DNA of 64,000 bases, taken from NCBI GenBank assembly GCA_963804395.1, contig CAWDQK010000002.1, positions 1,169-65,168 on the forward strand, given 5' to 3'. Both the position numbers and the translations under genes were made by a program. The stretch comes from an uncultured Verrucomicrobiae bacterium. GTDB taxonomy: Bacteria > Verrucomicrobiota > Verrucomicrobiia > Opitutales > Opitutaceae. The notes below the pieces were generated by a model. The model did no database searches. It saw only the letters and a list, made by a program, of their open reading frames with translations, and had not been told where the DNA came from. Position 1 is the first letter of the stretch. Each line of letters starts with the position of its first letter. Positions 41,412-51,591 of this stretch are shown here, piece by piece.

Positions 41412-41985
41412 GCCAAGGCTTATTTGTGTCTATTGCTCGTCGAGCGACCAGCTCGATCAAAAGTATTACCGGGAGGCGGAGAGATTCGCCCGCCAGCTGG
41501 TGGCGCACGGCTGGGGCCTCGTCTACGGCGGCGGCAACCGCGGTGTCATGGGCGTGGTGGGTCGCACGGTGCGCGAGGCGGGCGGCCATGTCGTGGGCAT
41601 CATCCCCGGCTTTATGAAGCGCCGCGAACTCGCGCTCGATGACGCCAATGAACTCATCACCGTCGCCACGATGCACGAGCGCAAGCAACGGATGGAGGAA
41701 CGGGCGGACGGGTTTGTGACCCTGCCCGGCGGGATCGGCACGCTGGAGGAGTTCGTCGAAGTCATGACCCTCCGCTATCTCAACCTCCTGCACCAGCCGG
41801 TGATCCTGGTCAACCAGGACGGTTTCTATGACGACCTGCTGCGCTTCTTCGCGCGAATGACCCGCGAGCATTTCAAGTCTCCGGGCTTGCACGACCTCTT
41901 TACCGTGGTGAGCACGGTCGACGAAGTTTGGGCGCACCTGGAGGATCCCAAGCCGTTCACGGCCGACGAACTCTGGCGCGGATAG
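41410..41985 (+). CDS. LOG-family protein (cytokinin riboside 5'-monophosphate phosphoribohydrolase-like)
   Basis: GLVYGGG and PGGIGTLEE LOG motifs. Start at MPRLICVY, divergent from gluQ. Confidence 0.8.
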   Translation: MPRLICVYCSSSDQLDQKYYREAERFARQLVAHGWGLVYGGGNRGVMGVVGRTVREAGGHVVGIIPGFMKRRELALDDANELITVATMHERKQRMEERADGFVTLPGGIGTLEEFVEVMTLRYLNLLHQPVILVNQDGFYDDLLRFFARMTREHFKSPGLHDLFTVVSTVDEVWAHLEDPKPFTADELWRG

Positions 41986-42020
41986 CTTGGAATAATCCGC
42001 GGATCTGTCATGCTGCCCGC

Positions 42021-42920
42021 ATGAGATTTGCCGTGGCCGGAGCGTCTGGTTTCGTTGGCAGCGCGCTCGTGCAGCAACTGGCGGCGGACGGCCATGAAGT
42101 GCTCCGCTTCGTCCGGCGGCCGGTGGAACGGCGGGGCGAGATTGAATGGCACCCGGCGGCGTGCGAGGTTGAGACCCGGCACGCCCTCGAAGGTCTGGAT
42201 GGGATTGTGAATCTCGCTGGCTCGAATCTGGGCGCCCGGTGGACGGCGGCGCGCAAGGACGACATTCTGCGGAGCCGCGTGAACAGCACGCGCACGCTGG
42301 TTTCGGTGATGAGCCGTCTGAACCATCGGCCGGCGGTGTTCGTGTGCGCTTCCGCGGTCGGCTACTATGGGGACCGGGCGGAGGAAGCGCTCACGGAACA
42401 GAGCGGGAGAGGCGACGGGTTTCTCGCGGAGGTGTGCCACGCGTGGGAGGAGGAGGCGCGAATCGCGGAGAGCGCCGGGATCCGGACGGTCATGCTGCGC
42501 CTCGGCCTGGTGCTGGGATTGAGCGGCGGGGCGCTCGCCCGGCTGGCGCCAATCTTTCGCGCGGGGGTCGGCGGCCCGCTGGGCGACGGGCGCCAGTGGG
42601 TCAGCTGGATCTCGCTCACTGACGTAGTTGGCGCGCTGCGACACGTGTTGCAGGATCCGGCCCTGAGCGGGGCGGTGAACGCCGTGGCGCCCAATCCGGT
42701 GCGAAACGGGGAGTTCTCGGATGCGCTGGCGCACGCGCTGGGCCGCCGGGTGCTTGCGCCGGTGCCGGCCTTCGCGTTGCGCGCGGTCTTCCGCGAGATG
42801 GCCGACGAGATGTTGCTGGCGAGCGCGCGGGTCCTGCCCCGGCGGCTGCTCGATTCCGGCTTTCGGTTTGCGCATCCGGATCTGGCTGCCGCGTTACGCG
42901 CGGTGTTCGGGGCGAGATAA
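42021..42920 (+). CDS. TIGR01777/YfcH-family NAD-dependent epimerase-like protein (DUF1731 C-terminus)
   Basis: Rossmann N-terminus MRFAVAGASGFVGSALV, YfcH-like length and C-terminal region. The track ORF begins at an upstream TTG; the ATG at 42021 is preferred. Confidence 0.75.
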   Translation: MRFAVAGASGFVGSALVQQLAADGHEVLRFVRRPVERRGEIEWHPAACEVETRHALEGLDGIVNLAGSNLGARWTAARKDDILRSRVNSTRTLVSVMSRLNHRPAVFVCASAVGYYGDRAEEALTEQSGRGDGFLAEVCHAWEEEARIAESAGIRTVMLRLGLVLGLSGGALARLAPIFRAGVGGPLGDGRQWVSWISLTDVVGALRHVLQDPALSGAVNAVAPNPVRNGEFSDALAHALGRRVLAPVPAFALRAVFREMADEMLLASARVLPRRLLDSGFRFAHPDLAAALRAVFGAR

Positions 42921-42949
42921 AACCCGACTGAAGGGCGGCCTAGGGCGAG

Positions 42950-43060
42950 ACTTGTAGCCGGGGGCGCTGACCCCGGCATGCCCATCGAAACCTCGCACGG
43001 AGGGCCGGCCTCAACCCGTTCGACACGCTCAGGGCAGGCGCGGCCGGCTACAGCGTGACA
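42950..43060. repeat. GC-rich mosaic palindromic repeat array, family 1
   Basis: CTTGTAGCCGGGGGCGCTGACCCCGG, GGCCGGCCTCAACCCG, reverse complement of CTGAGCGTGTCGAACGG, GCGCGGCCGGCTACAGCG. Confidence 0.7.
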
Positions 43061-43372
43061 GGCTGTCAGCGGCATCCAAGAAAATGCGACGGGAGGAACC
43101 GTTTTGCAGGACGCGCCTCGGGAGCCCGCATATCCGGCGATTCCAGCCGGCACCGCGGATGTCGCGATGGAAGAACGAAGCGGCGGTGGGAACCGCGCGG
43201 TATGCGGGCTAGGGGGAATTGCCCAGTGCTCCTAGGGTCCTGGCTCCGCGGAACCGGGAAGCCGGGACCGGAGTCCTGGGATAAGCCGGTCGCGGAACTA
43301 GGGCACCAGGATTGGGCAGTTTGAGGGCGAGCCCGAATACCCGGATTTCACTCTGGCGGTTACGCTGCTGGC

Positions 43373-43879
43373 GTGAAAATCAACGCCACAGTCCGCCAGA
43401 TCCTCCCGGTGAGCGCGCTCGTGCTCGCGCTGTTCGGGGCGGTGACGGCCCGTGCTGCAGAGCAACTGGTGGCGGGAATGACCTACGATGCGGCGGTCTC
43501 TGACGCGCTGGCGGTGGTTGGCCACCGGCCTGAAATGAGTGTCGTGCGCATCGCAGGTCATTCGATGGAACCCTATTTCAGTGATGATGCAGTGATCGTG
43601 GTGAAGAAGATCGACGCCGCCCGTCTGCGAATCGGGATGATTGCGGTGTACGTGAATCGGTTTGGGGAGAAGGTGGCCCACCGGGTCATCGCTCCAGTTG
43701 CCGGCGGCTGGCAGGTCAAGGGGTATAGCAATGATCGGCCTGACAGCACGGTGGTGGACGCCGGCAATCTGCTGGGGATCGTTTACGCGACGTTCAGTCC
43801 TGCTGGTCGAGCCCCGGTTGCGGTGGCGGCGTCGATCCTTCCCGCGATTGAGACCGTCTACGCCGCGCCCGCCAAATAG
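43373..43879 (+). CDS. secreted S26/S24-family peptidase-like protein (signal peptidase I / TraF-like)
   Basis: Signal peptide, then GHSMEPYF matching the GDSMxP serine-protease box (Asp replaced by His), and AHRV..G..VKGD-like C-terminal region. Confidence 0.5.
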   Translation: MKINATVRQILPVSALVLALFGAVTARAAEQLVAGMTYDAAVSDALAVVGHRPEMSVVRIAGHSMEPYFSDDAVIVVKKIDAARLRIGMIAVYVNRFGEKVAHRVIAPVAGGWQVKGYSNDRPDSTVVDAGNLLGIVYATFSPAGRAPVAVAASILPAIETVYAAPAK

Positions 43880-44147
43880 CCAGCGAGGCGCAGCCTCAGA
43901 CCAGACTTGGGCCTTGATGCGGTCGGAAGACCGGATGCTGCCGGAGGCCGGAGCCAGCGCCTCGCTGAATGTCCGCGGCGCGGACAAAACGATCGAGGGG
44001 ATCGACCCGCGAAGCAGCGAAAGCGTCACCGAAGAAAACTTGACCTGATCGCAGCACGTATCGCGGCTCAAGGACTCTCGATTCCGGCCTGCGCCGGAAT
44101 CTGCAGGCTTTCCAAGCAAGGCGCTGCTGGTATGGTTCGGCGCACCA

Positions 44148-44564
44148 ATGGAGAAGACGCTGATCATTTTCAAACCCGACTGTCTGGAGCAACGACATGT
44201 CGGCAACGTCATCGCCCGCTTTGAGGAGGCCGGCTTTGCGATCATCGGCTGCAAGATGATGCAGCTGGCTCCGGCCCTGCTCCGGGAGCATTATGCGCAC
44301 GTGGCCGACCGGCCGTTCTATCCGAACCTGGAGCGGTTCATGAGTTCGCGCCCGGTGCTCGTCATGGGTCTGGAGGGCGAAAACGTCGTGCAGCGGGTGC
44401 GCGATCTGCTCGGGCCGACCGATTCGCGCAAGGCCGCGAAAGGAACGATCCGCGGCGATTTCGGCACGGACACGACGGTGAACGTGGCGCACGCGTCGGA
44501 CAGCGCGGCGAACGGCGCGATCGAACTCGCCCGCTTCTTCCGGCCGGACGAAGTTTTTCCTTGA
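44148..44564 (+). CDS. ndk: nucleoside diphosphate kinase
   Basis: MEKTLIIFKPD, active-site NVAHASDS, 138 aa. Confidence 0.95.
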   Translation: MEKTLIIFKPDCLEQRHVGNVIARFEEAGFAIIGCKMMQLAPALLREHYAHVADRPFYPNLERFMSSRPVLVMGLEGENVVQRVRDLLGPTDSRKAAKGTIRGDFGTDTTVNVAHASDSAANGAIELARFFRPDEVFP

Positions 44565-44605
44565 GATTCCGCGCCGCGACCCAAAATTCCTCCGGTTCCG
44601 GCAAC

Positions 44606-44680
44606 GCCCTCATCGTCTAGCGGCTAGGACAAGAGATTCTCAATCTTTAAACCGGGGTTCGATTCCCCGTGGGGGCGCCA
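44606..44680 (+). tRNA. tRNA-Glu (anticodon CUC)
   Basis: Cloverleaf folded by hand. Acceptor GCCCTCA/TGGGGGC with one GU pair, D-arm GTCT-AGCGGCTA-GGAC, anticodon loop TTCTCAA (C34 T35 C36), 4-nt variable loop, T-arm CGGGG-TTCGATT-CCCCG, discriminator G, encoded CCA. D-arm TCGTCTAG.GGC.TAGGACA matches bacterial tRNA-Glu. Confidence 0.8.
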
Positions 44681-44924
44681 ATTTTAGAGGTAGAACGAAA
44701 GTAAGTGACGAAAAACGGACAAACTCCCGTCCTCTGGGAAACGAAAACCCCAACCGGATCATGCCGGTGCCCCCCGGCCGCTTCTGCCCATCCCATCGCT
44801 CCCGCCGGCCTGAGATAGTTCATCCTGGGCAACCTGTGCGCCCTGGTTTCCGTTTCCGCGGTCTGAACACGCTTGATCTCTCTGAGCGAAAAGCATTCAC
44901 GCTCAATCAACCATTCGTTAACCG

Positions 44925-45776
44925 ATGCCCTTGCTATACCGCTATTTTCGCACGGGTTACCTGGAAACTCTTGATAATTGCGAGCTTAGGGTTGCGAGGA
45001 TTCGGGATCTCAATGATCCGTTCGAATGCAAAATTGCAATTGTCGGTGAGATGACGCCTGAAAATGCAAAGGCCCTTTTGACCGAGCGGAAAGACAGGGG
45101 GACTCTCCTTCATGGAATTCAGCAGAAATACCCTAATCTAAGGACGAGACGGGCGCTTGAACGCCACTTCACCCAACACAGCGAAGAATATGCACAAAAT
45201 CTCATTTTGGCTGAGCCAAGACTCAAAGAGAGAATCGAGAGAGTCAATTCGGACGTACTCGAAAAGGACATAAGGGTTGTGTGCTTCTCGGCTAACCAGA
45301 AGGACGATAGAAACACTGTCCTGTTGTGGTCTCACTACGCGAACGAGCACAAAGGCGTCCGGATCGGCTTTGATGTGCCTTCCGATGTTATGACACAATG
45401 CTTCCGCAAGATCGAATATTCAGACAACCGCGTTTTCCTCAATTTGACAGAGAACGCGGAATCGGAAGCAGGAAAAGAACAAATTGCGAGGTCACTGCGG
45501 ACCAAGAGCAGTTCGTGGGCATATGAAGAAGAAATTCGAATGCTTGTACATCCCGGCGAATGTTACGGTAAAACGGTCGTGGGTAAATCGATGGAATTTG
45601 TGAAGCTACCAAGATCTTGGGTTCGATTTGTGGATTTCGGGGTAAATGCGCCTGAATGTGACATCTCCAAGGTTCGCGAAATGGTGAAAGCACGCGGATA
45701 TGAGGCCGTGCTTAGGCAAGCGAAGACACATGCTACGAAGTTTTGCCTACTGTTTAATCCGATTTCTGGCGGGTAA
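44925..45776 (+). CDS. DUF2971-like protein in a low-GC islet
   Basis: 283 aa. N-terminal LYRYF..NDPFE and W(S)HYANEHKGVRIGF segments fit my recollection of the DUF2971 signature. Local GC ~45% against ~65% background, immediately 3' of tRNA-Glu. Confidence 0.6.
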   Translation: MPLLYRYFRTGYLETLDNCELRVARIRDLNDPFECKIAIVGEMTPENAKALLTERKDRGTLLHGIQQKYPNLRTRRALERHFTQHSEEYAQNLILAEPRLKERIERVNSDVLEKDIRVVCFSANQKDDRNTVLLWSHYANEHKGVRIGFDVPSDVMTQCFRKIEYSDNRVFLNLTENAESEAGKEQIARSLRTKSSSWAYEEEIRMLVHPGECYGKTVVGKSMEFVKLPRSWVRFVDFGVNAPECDISKVREMVKARGYEAVLRQAKTHATKFCLLFNPISGG

Positions 45777-46147
45777 CATCGGCGTTCTCTATTCGTGACA
45801 TCTGAAGGCACTTCAAACAAAAAGCCCGGCGCGCGGTGAAGCGGGCCAGGCTTGGAGGTCCGGAAACTCCGAATCTCAGCGCCGCGCCGGCCGTCTGCTC
45901 ACAGGCCGATTTAAGGGGGTCGGGCTTTGGGGTTTGGGGTTGGCAATTCAAGTGATGCGTCCAGTTGGAGCCGGCCCAAGGCCGAGCCTAAAGGGTCAGG
46001 ATCGACGGATCGCCCTGCTGATTCCCTTTTCGGCAGAACCGCGGGTTTCGCGGTGGAAATCTGGTTGCATCAGCGGAGTGAAGGCGGACGATCCCAGGCT
46101 TAGGTACGCCGGTGGAACCGGCCAATCGGAGTGCGAAAGGAGCAGTC

Positions 46148-48707
46148 ATGAACCGACGTGAGTTTGTGAAGGTGTCGGCAGCGGCGGCGGCCACGCTGCC
46201 GGCGGCGGGAATGGTGGCCAGGACGCGAGACCCCGGCGGGGAAGCCGCCAGCCGGGCGGCCGGCAGCGGGAATCCGGTTCGTTGCTTCAACGGGGTCTAT
46301 GAAGGGCCGAACTTGAGCCGGGTGGCGTTTCCCTTGGGCGGCATCGGCGCGGGCATGGTCTGCCTCGAGGGCGCCGGAGGCTTGTCCCATTGCTCGCTGT
46401 GGAACCACCCGGATGTGTTCAACGGCGCAGGGCTGTTTGCCGCCATCACGGTCAAAGGCACCGGAGGCGTTGCGCGCGTGCTGGAGGGACCGGTGCCGGG
46501 CTGGAAACTTTTCGGCCGGCCGGGGAACGCGGCGGGCGGGGCCGAGCCAGGTCTGGGCTTGCCCCGTTTCCGGGGCGCGTCATTCCGGGCCAGTTTCCCG
46601 TTTGGCGAAGTGACTCTGGCCGACGATGCGGTGCCGCTGGCCGTGAGGATTACCGGGTGGAGTCCGTTCGAACCGGGCGACGCCGACAATGCGAGCCTGC
46701 CGGTGGCGGCGCTGGAGTACGCCTTCACCAACCGCGGCACCGAGCCGGTCGACGCGGTGTTTTCGTTCCATGCGAAGCACTTTGTGGCGACGGAGAAGAG
46801 GCCAAATGAGATCAGGCCGGCGCCCGGTGGATTCATGCTGCACGGCGCCGGGACGCCGGACCGGCCGTGGGACGAGGCGGCCCTTCAGGTTTCCGTTGAA
46901 CGATCCCACGGTGAAGGTGAACCATGCCTGGTTCCGCGGCGGTTGGTGGGACTGGCTGGCGATGGTGTGGCGCGATATCGCCGCTGGCGCCGCTTACGAT
47001 CGTCCTCCGGTCAACGGGGGGCTGCCTGCGCCGGGCGCCTCGCTGTTTGTTCCGTTTCAACTCGGGCCGGGCGTGACCCGGGTGATCGCGGTCCGCCTGG
47101 CCTGGTATGCGGGGCAGACCAATTTGCGGGTGGGCAAGGACCTGCCCGGAACCGCCGGAGGGCCGAAAGAGACCTACCGGCCGTGGTATGCCGGACGGTT
47201 CAAGGACGTCGCGGAACTCGCGGCGTATTGGAATGAGCACTACGATGGGTTGAGGGCGGCGGCCGGGCGTTTTACCCGGTGCTTCCATGACTCGACGCTG
47301 CCGCCGGAGGTGATCGAGGCGGTGGCCGCCAATCTCGCGATCCTCAAGTCGCCGACCATCCTCCGTCAGACCGACGGGCGGCTCTGGGGTTGGGAAGGCT
47401 GCGCCGACCAGGAGGGCCAGGGGGCGCTGTGCAGCCACGTCTGGAATTACGCGCAGGCCATGCCGCATCTGTTTCCGGCACTTGAGCGCACGCTGCGGGA
47501 GACCGAGTTCGGGCCTTCCCAGGACGACCGGGGGGAGCAGACCTTTCGCAGCGGCCTGCCAATCCGGCCGATTGTCCACGAGGAGTACGACGCCGCCGAC
47601 GGCCAGCTGGGCGGCATCATGAAGGTCCACCGCGACTGGCGCATCAGCGGCGATCTCGGGTGGCTGCGAGCGAATCTGGCCAAGGTTCGCGTCAGCCTCG
47701 ACTACTGCATCGAGACCTGGGACCCGAGGCACTCGGGCTGCCCGGAGGAGCCCCAGCACAACACCTACGACATCGAGTTCTGGGGAGCCAACGGAATGTG
47801 CGCCAGCATCTATCTCGGAGCCTTGCAGGCCGCCGTCCTGATGGGCCGGGCCCTGGGCGAAAGAGTCGATGACTACGCCGCCCTCCTGGAAAAAGGAACC
47901 CGACGCGCGAACGAGGAGCTGTTCGATGGCGAGTATTTCTTCCAGCGAGTCGAGTGGGAAAACCTTCGCGCCAAGCTGCCGAAGGATCCCAAGAACTGGG
48001 TTGGCGAGAGCTTCTCATCCGAAGCAATGGCCCTCATCGAGAAGGAGGGACCGAATTATCAATACGGCACCGGCTGCCTCTCTGACGGGGTCATCGGATC
48101 CTGGTTCGCGCTGGTGTGCGGGGTCGGTCAGGTGCTGGACTCCGGCAAGGTGAAGAGTCATCTCAACGCCGTCCACCGGAACAACCTGAAGCACGACCTC
48201 TCGGCACACGCGAATCCCGACCGGCCCACCTACGCCTGCGGCTCCGAGGGCGGCCTGTTGCTTTGCACCTGGCCCAAGGGAGGCCGCGCCTCCCTGCCGT
48301 TCGTGTATTCCGACGAGGTGTGGACCGGCATTGAGTATCAAGTCGCCTCCCACCTGATGTTGATGGGATTTGCGAGCGAAGGGCTCGAGATCGTCCGGAC
48401 CTGTCGCAACCGGTATGACGGACGCGTCCGCAATCCCTTCGACGAATATGAATGGGGCCACTGGTATGCCCGGGCGATGGCCTCGTATGCGTTGTTGCAA
48501 GGGCTCAGCGGCGCCCGCTACGACGCGGTCGACAAGGTGCTGTATCTGCAGCCATCGATCGTTGGCGACTTCCGCTGTTTTCTTTCCACGGCGACCGGCT
48601 ATGGCACCGTGGGCGTCAAGGATGGGAAACCCTTCTGCGAGACTGTCCACGGCACAATCGAGGTCCGGGAGATCCGCTATTCGCCGGCGACGAAGGAGCG
48701 GGGATAG
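46148..48707 (+). CDS. glycoside hydrolase family 116-like beta-glucosidase (GBA2-type), Tat-secreted; one frame switch near 46885-46900
   Basis: Twin-arginine signal MNRREFVKVSAAAAATLPAAG. GH116 N-domain FPLGGIGAGMVCLEG, C-terminal catalytic region. Frames 2 and 3 join at DEAA/FRFPLNDPTVKVNH when one c is removed from ccc. Confidence 0.8.
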
Positions 48708-48801
48708 CAAAACGGCGGCGTTGTCAGCCGGCCCGGCCCAGGCCGCGATCTGACCCAAAGGATCGCGGATGCAGGCGCCGCATCCCCAGGGGATCCTTGG
48801 A

Positions 48802-49302
48802 TTACGCCTGCGCGCTGAAGACCGAACCGGCGGGAGGCGTCGTTGCGGTGCCGTTTCCTGACGAGGAGAGAAAAAAATTCCCCAGCGAATTGCTGCTCGC
48901 CGGGACTGCAGCCGGATCGGTGGAGCTTCCGGACGAATGGTGATGGTGATGATGGTGACCGTGGACGGCGACGGACCCGGAACTGAAGCCCTGCATTGCC
49001 TGTTGCAGATCGCTGAAGGCCACCTTCGCCTCGCCAAGATTCCCGGATTGGAGGGCGGTTCCCAAGGCGGCAAGGGCCTGGGCACGTGGGTTGGTTGTGC
49101 CGGCGCTCTGGCCCGCGGCGGCGAGGCTTGGCGCGTCCTTCTCGATCGCGGCATAAGCGGCCTGGGCGCTGCCCAGATCGCCCGACTGCAGCGCGGCCGA
49201 GAGCGCCTGCATGTCGGCCTTGATTTTCTGGTACGGACTCAGGGAATTCTGTGTTTTGCCAGGAGCATACAGGCCGGTGACCGAGGAGATAGAATCAGAC
49301 AT
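48802..49302 (-). CDS. hypothetical protein with internal repeat and native poly-His tract
   Basis: Start at MSDSISSV. Repeated helical segments LQSGDLGSAQAAYAAI / LQSGNLGEAKVAFSDL. HGHHHHHHH encoded at 48937-48963. Confidence 0.45.
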   Translation of the reverse strand: MSDSISSVTGLYAPGKTQNSLSPYQKIKADMQALSAALQSGDLGSAQAAYAAIEKDAPSLAAAGQSAGTTNPRAQALAALGTALQSGNLGEAKVAFSDLQQAMQGFSSGSVAVHGHHHHHHHSSGSSTDPAAVPASSNSLGNFFLSSSGNGTATTPPAGSVFSAQA

Positions 49303-49609
49303 GGGTGGATTGGACCGTGATCCTTCTCGCATTCGCCGTGCCACAATGCGGTTGGTGATTGCAGGCCTTTCGGGGAAAACATCATAGATATCTATTTCTA
49401 TTTGAGCCGCGCCGGAGCCGGTGTCGTGTCGGCCAAACGCGTGAGCTGCAGGAACTTTTTGCCGCTGGCTGACACGAATCGCAGAAACCCAACCCGCATG
49501 CCATTCGCCGCGGCCCGGCTGCCGCGAAACTCAATCCGTTTTACAGGATGAGCCTCCTCCCACGAATACACACGAATCTGCACGAATGAATGATCGCGCG
49601 AAGCTTCGG

Positions 49610-50374
49610 CTATCCCGTCGACCGCGCGAAGATCAGCGCGTTCGACTCCACAGTCTCCTCGATGGTCTCGTTGGCGACGAAGAACGGGGACAGCAGTTTC
49701 CGAAGCTCGGAGGCAACCTGGTCCGTTTTGGAGCCCAGCAGCTCCGGGGAGGTATTGGACATCGAGAACAACCGGCCGACCAGCGTCTCCACGGAGATGG
49801 TTTGCCGGGATTGAAGGGTCAGGTTCTCCGTGAGGGAAAACGTGCTGCCGGCAAAGAACGAGACCGCATCCGTTCCATATCTTTGGCGGTCTTTCTCGGG
49901 ACTCACGCAGTGCCTGAATTCGTCGTAGCCGGCGAGCCATGGATTTGCCGGTCCCTCGGCTGCGGAAGCCCGGCAGATGACAATGGATCCTCCCGGACTG
50001 ACGATGCGATTGAGCACGGCGAGGGTCGGCGCGGGTGTCATCCAGTGAAGCGACCGTCCGAAGGTTGCCACATCGAACGGGCCGAGACCGGCGGGCATAT
50101 CCTCGGTGCGGCTCTCGATCAGCTCGATCGCCACGCCGGCGGCGGCGGCTTCATCCTTTGCCGTGACGATCATGGCTGGCTCTGGATCCACTCCGACGAG
50201 GCGCCGCACGAATGGCGCGAAACCAAGCGCAAGCAGGCCGGGACCGCAGCCCAGGTCGATCAGCGCCTGCGAGCCGTCGAGATGAAGTGCCCGCGCAACC
50301 TGGCGAAAAAACTCCGCAGAATACGGCTCACGGCAATGCCGGTAGTAGGGGGTAGTGGAAGCGAAACGTCCCAT
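49610..50374 (-). CDS. class I SAM-dependent methyltransferase
   Basis: SAM motif I LIDLGCGPGLL, acidic motif II VGVD. Confidence 0.75.
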   Translation of the reverse strand: MGRFASTTPYYRHCREPYSAEFFRQVARALHLDGSQALIDLGCGPGLLALGFAPFVRRLVGVDPEPAMIVTAKDEAAAAGVAIELIESRTEDMPAGLGPFDVATFGRSLHWMTPAPTLAVLNRIVSPGGSIVICRASAAEGPANPWLAGYDEFRHCVSPEKDRQRYGTDAVSFFAGSTFSLTENLTLQSRQTISVETLVGRLFSMSNTSPELLGSKTDQVASELRKLLSPFFVANETIEETVESNALIFARSTG

Positions 50375-50380
50375 GCCGGA

Positions 50381-50962
50381 TCATGTCCGTCGCAAGTCGG
50401 CCACGATTTCCGCGGTCTTTCTCACCCGGCCAATGCGGGGAAAGATCTTGGAAACGGCCAGCAGATGCTCCTCGGCCGAAATGGCGGACATGGCATCTTC
50501 GGCAAAGATCTGGTTGTATCCATATTCGTAGGCGAACCGGGCAGTGCTCTCGACGCCGAGGTTAGTCGCGATGCCGCACAACACCATGGTTGCGATGCCG
50601 CGCCTCCGGAATTCGAGGTCGAGTTCGGTCCCGTAGAAGGCGCCCCACTGGTGTTTGGTGATCACGAAATCGCCCGGTTTTGGTCCGAGTTCGGGAACAA
50701 TGTCCGCCCAGCCAGGCGGCGGAGTCTGAAATTGCATTGCGGCATCAGCAACGGGCCGCAGCGCGTCCTTCCCGTCCGGTGATGGACTGACCCGCACCAA
50801 AAAGACCGGCATGCCATTTTGGCGGAACGCGTCGGCGAGGGCGGCTGCATTGCTGACCACGCTGGCAGGCGAGTAGGGGGCGGCTGGCCGGCTTACGACT
50901 CCGAGCTGGAGATCGATGACCACCAGCGCCGTTTTTGATTTGTCGATGAGTGGATTGGTCAT
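50381..50962 (-). CDS. isochorismatase-family cysteine hydrolase
   Basis: KTALVVIDLQ, catalytic Cys context VLCGIATNLGVEST. Confidence 0.8.
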   Translation of the reverse strand: MTNPLIDKSKTALVVIDLQLGVVSRPAAPYSPASVVSNAAALADAFRQNGMPVFLVRVSPSPDGKDALRPVADAAMQFQTPPPGWADIVPELGPKPGDFVITKHQWGAFYGTELDLEFRRRGIATMVLCGIATNLGVESTARFAYEYGYNQIFAEDAMSAISAEEHLLAVSKIFPRIGRVRKTAEIVADLRRT

Positions 50963-51049
50963 AAGTGGCGAGGCGTGGCCTTGGATTCCGTTTGAATGTG
51001 GCCGCGAGATGGTAATTGGAGACCAATCGAGGCTTGAGCAAGCGCCTCG

Positions 51050-51475
51050 CTAATCATCGTTGCTTTCGGTCTGGCCCTCCGCGCGGGGGGAAAAACTGAG
51101 CAGGTGCGCCACGAGGAAACACCCGAGCGAGCCGCCCACGGAGAGCACGACAACCGTGCGGGCCAGCTTTCGCCCCTGCCACAGACCGACGAACCATTCC
51201 CTGAACTCCGACGCCACAGCGTTGGATTTTCCCCCAATGCGTTCCATGGCATAGTCGTAACGCTTGGAATCGCCGAGAATGTCCGAATCCGAACTTCCGG
51301 CATCAGACACAGCCCAGCGGCTGATCATGACCGCAGCCAGCAAGCCGCCAACCAGGATGATGACTCCCGCAAGTCGGAATCGCTTTTGGAGGATCCGGTC
51401 TCTCACCGATCGGTCCGGGGTTTCGTCCGCGCTCATGACAGCATTCTGTTTGTCGTCTGCGACACGGGATCGCAC
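51050..51475 (-). CDS. hypothetical membrane protein
   Basis: Two predicted TM helices (LAGVIILVGGLLAAVMI, TVVVLSVGGSLGCFLVAHLL). The start may be an internal Met. Confidence 0.4.
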   Translation of the reverse strand: MRSRVADDKQNAVMSADETPDRSVRDRILQKRFRLAGVIILVGGLLAAVMISRWAVSDAGSSDSDILGDSKRYDYAMERIGGKSNAVASEFREWFVGLWQGRKLARTVVVLSVGGSLGCFLVAHLLSFSPRAEGQTESNDD

Positions 51476-51591
51476 GTCAAAACTGAAGGATGGGCTGATC
51501 GTCCGCGGCCGGCTACAGCTGCAGGATCAGCGCTGACGGCGCCGTCGAGTGGCTCACACCGCGGCCACACTTTTGTTGGAAACCGCTCCAG

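Noticed and set aside
45780-46140. Direct repeat of the tRNA-Glu 3' end (att site) delimiting the low-GC islet
   Set aside because: I could not find a second copy of GGTTCGATTCCCCGTGGGGGCGCCA or a >=12-nt fragment of it downstream of the DUF2971 gene. Island boundaries therefore rest on GC shift only.
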